This document shows positions 63,635-64,000 of a stretch of DNA of 64,000 bases, in pieces. The position numbers and the translations under genes were made by a program. The stretch's first letter is position 1; every line of letters begins with the position of its first letter. The notes beneath the pieces were generated by a model. It was not told where the DNA came from. It was given only the letters and a program-made list of their open reading frames with translations, and searched no databases. Origin of the DNA: Nitrospinales bacterium (lineage in GTDB: Bacteria; Nitrospinota; Nitrospinia; Nitrospinales; VA-1); assembly GCA_965223795.1 (NCBI GenBank), contig CBDCXL010000002.1:736001-800000 (forward strand), read 5' to 3'.

Positions 63635-64000
63635 ACGGATGTGGGCGGGGATGATCGTGTGGACCCTGCTGACGCTGCCCGGCGCGGCGTGGGCGGATGA
63701 GACCGACTGGAACGCGCTTTCTGCCCAGGAGCAAAACGTCCTCAAGCCGTTCGCAAAGCGCTGGGACGAACTGGAGCCGGAACAACGGCAGCGCCTGAAA
63801 AAAGGCGCGCGGCGCTGGGCAAGCCTGTCTCCGGAAGCGCGCCGCATGGTGAAAAAGCGGTTCAAGGCCTGGAACCGCATGACGCCGGAGCAGCGGGCGC
63901 GCATCCGCCACAAATTCGAGCAATTCCGCAAGCTGCCGCCGGAAAAACGCAAGCAACTGCGGCGCGCACGCCAATGGTTTCGGAATCTGCCTCCGGAACG
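63624..64000 (+). CDS. DUF3106-like periplasmic protein, truncated by the window edge
   Basis: Manual translation: signal, then W.AL...EQ..L.P...RW.EL.PEQR repeats. Confidence 0.8.
   Translation, partial: MNRERMWAGMIVWTLLTLPGAAWADETDWNALSAQEQNVLKPFAKRWDELEPEQRQRLKKGARRWASLSPEARRMVKKRFKAWNRMTPEQRARIRHKFEQFRKLPPEKRKQLRRARQWFRNLPPE

Overview
GC-rich bacterial chromosomal window. Gene content suggests a Nitrospinota/deltaproteobacteria-like nitrite oxidiser (inference only). Housekeeping genes: yqeY-dnaG-rpoD-tRNA-Ile2, pyk, def, hup, rplU-rpmA-obgE, aroK, coaX, alkA, tRNA-Val. Accessory modules: (1) two PAS/sigma54 activators, each with a divergent -24/-12 promoter, one driving an SDR-Trx-DsrE-PPOX-VOC operon; (2) an AT-rich islet with a six-BON protein after tRNA-Ile2; (3) a diheme-c/EB_dh cytochrome; (4) an SLT-cytochrome-FimV/SPOR cluster; (5) a very long acidic zinc-ribbon/FliL protein with FliN-like repeats; (6) LRR, Sel1 and pentapeptide repeat proteins; (7) a homogentisate (tyrosine) catabolic operon near a heme-oxygenase-like diiron enzyme; (8) an ECF sigma/DUF3619/DUF3106 module. 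The most unusual non-coding signals are one family of about 80-bp repeats behind the CCA end of both tRNA genes, an 80-bp array of alternative C-terminal copies behind a hypothetical gene, and several highly structured intergenic regions. No integrase, transposase, reverse transcriptase, cas gene or true CRISPR array was recognised. All family calls come from motifs read by eye, not from database searches.
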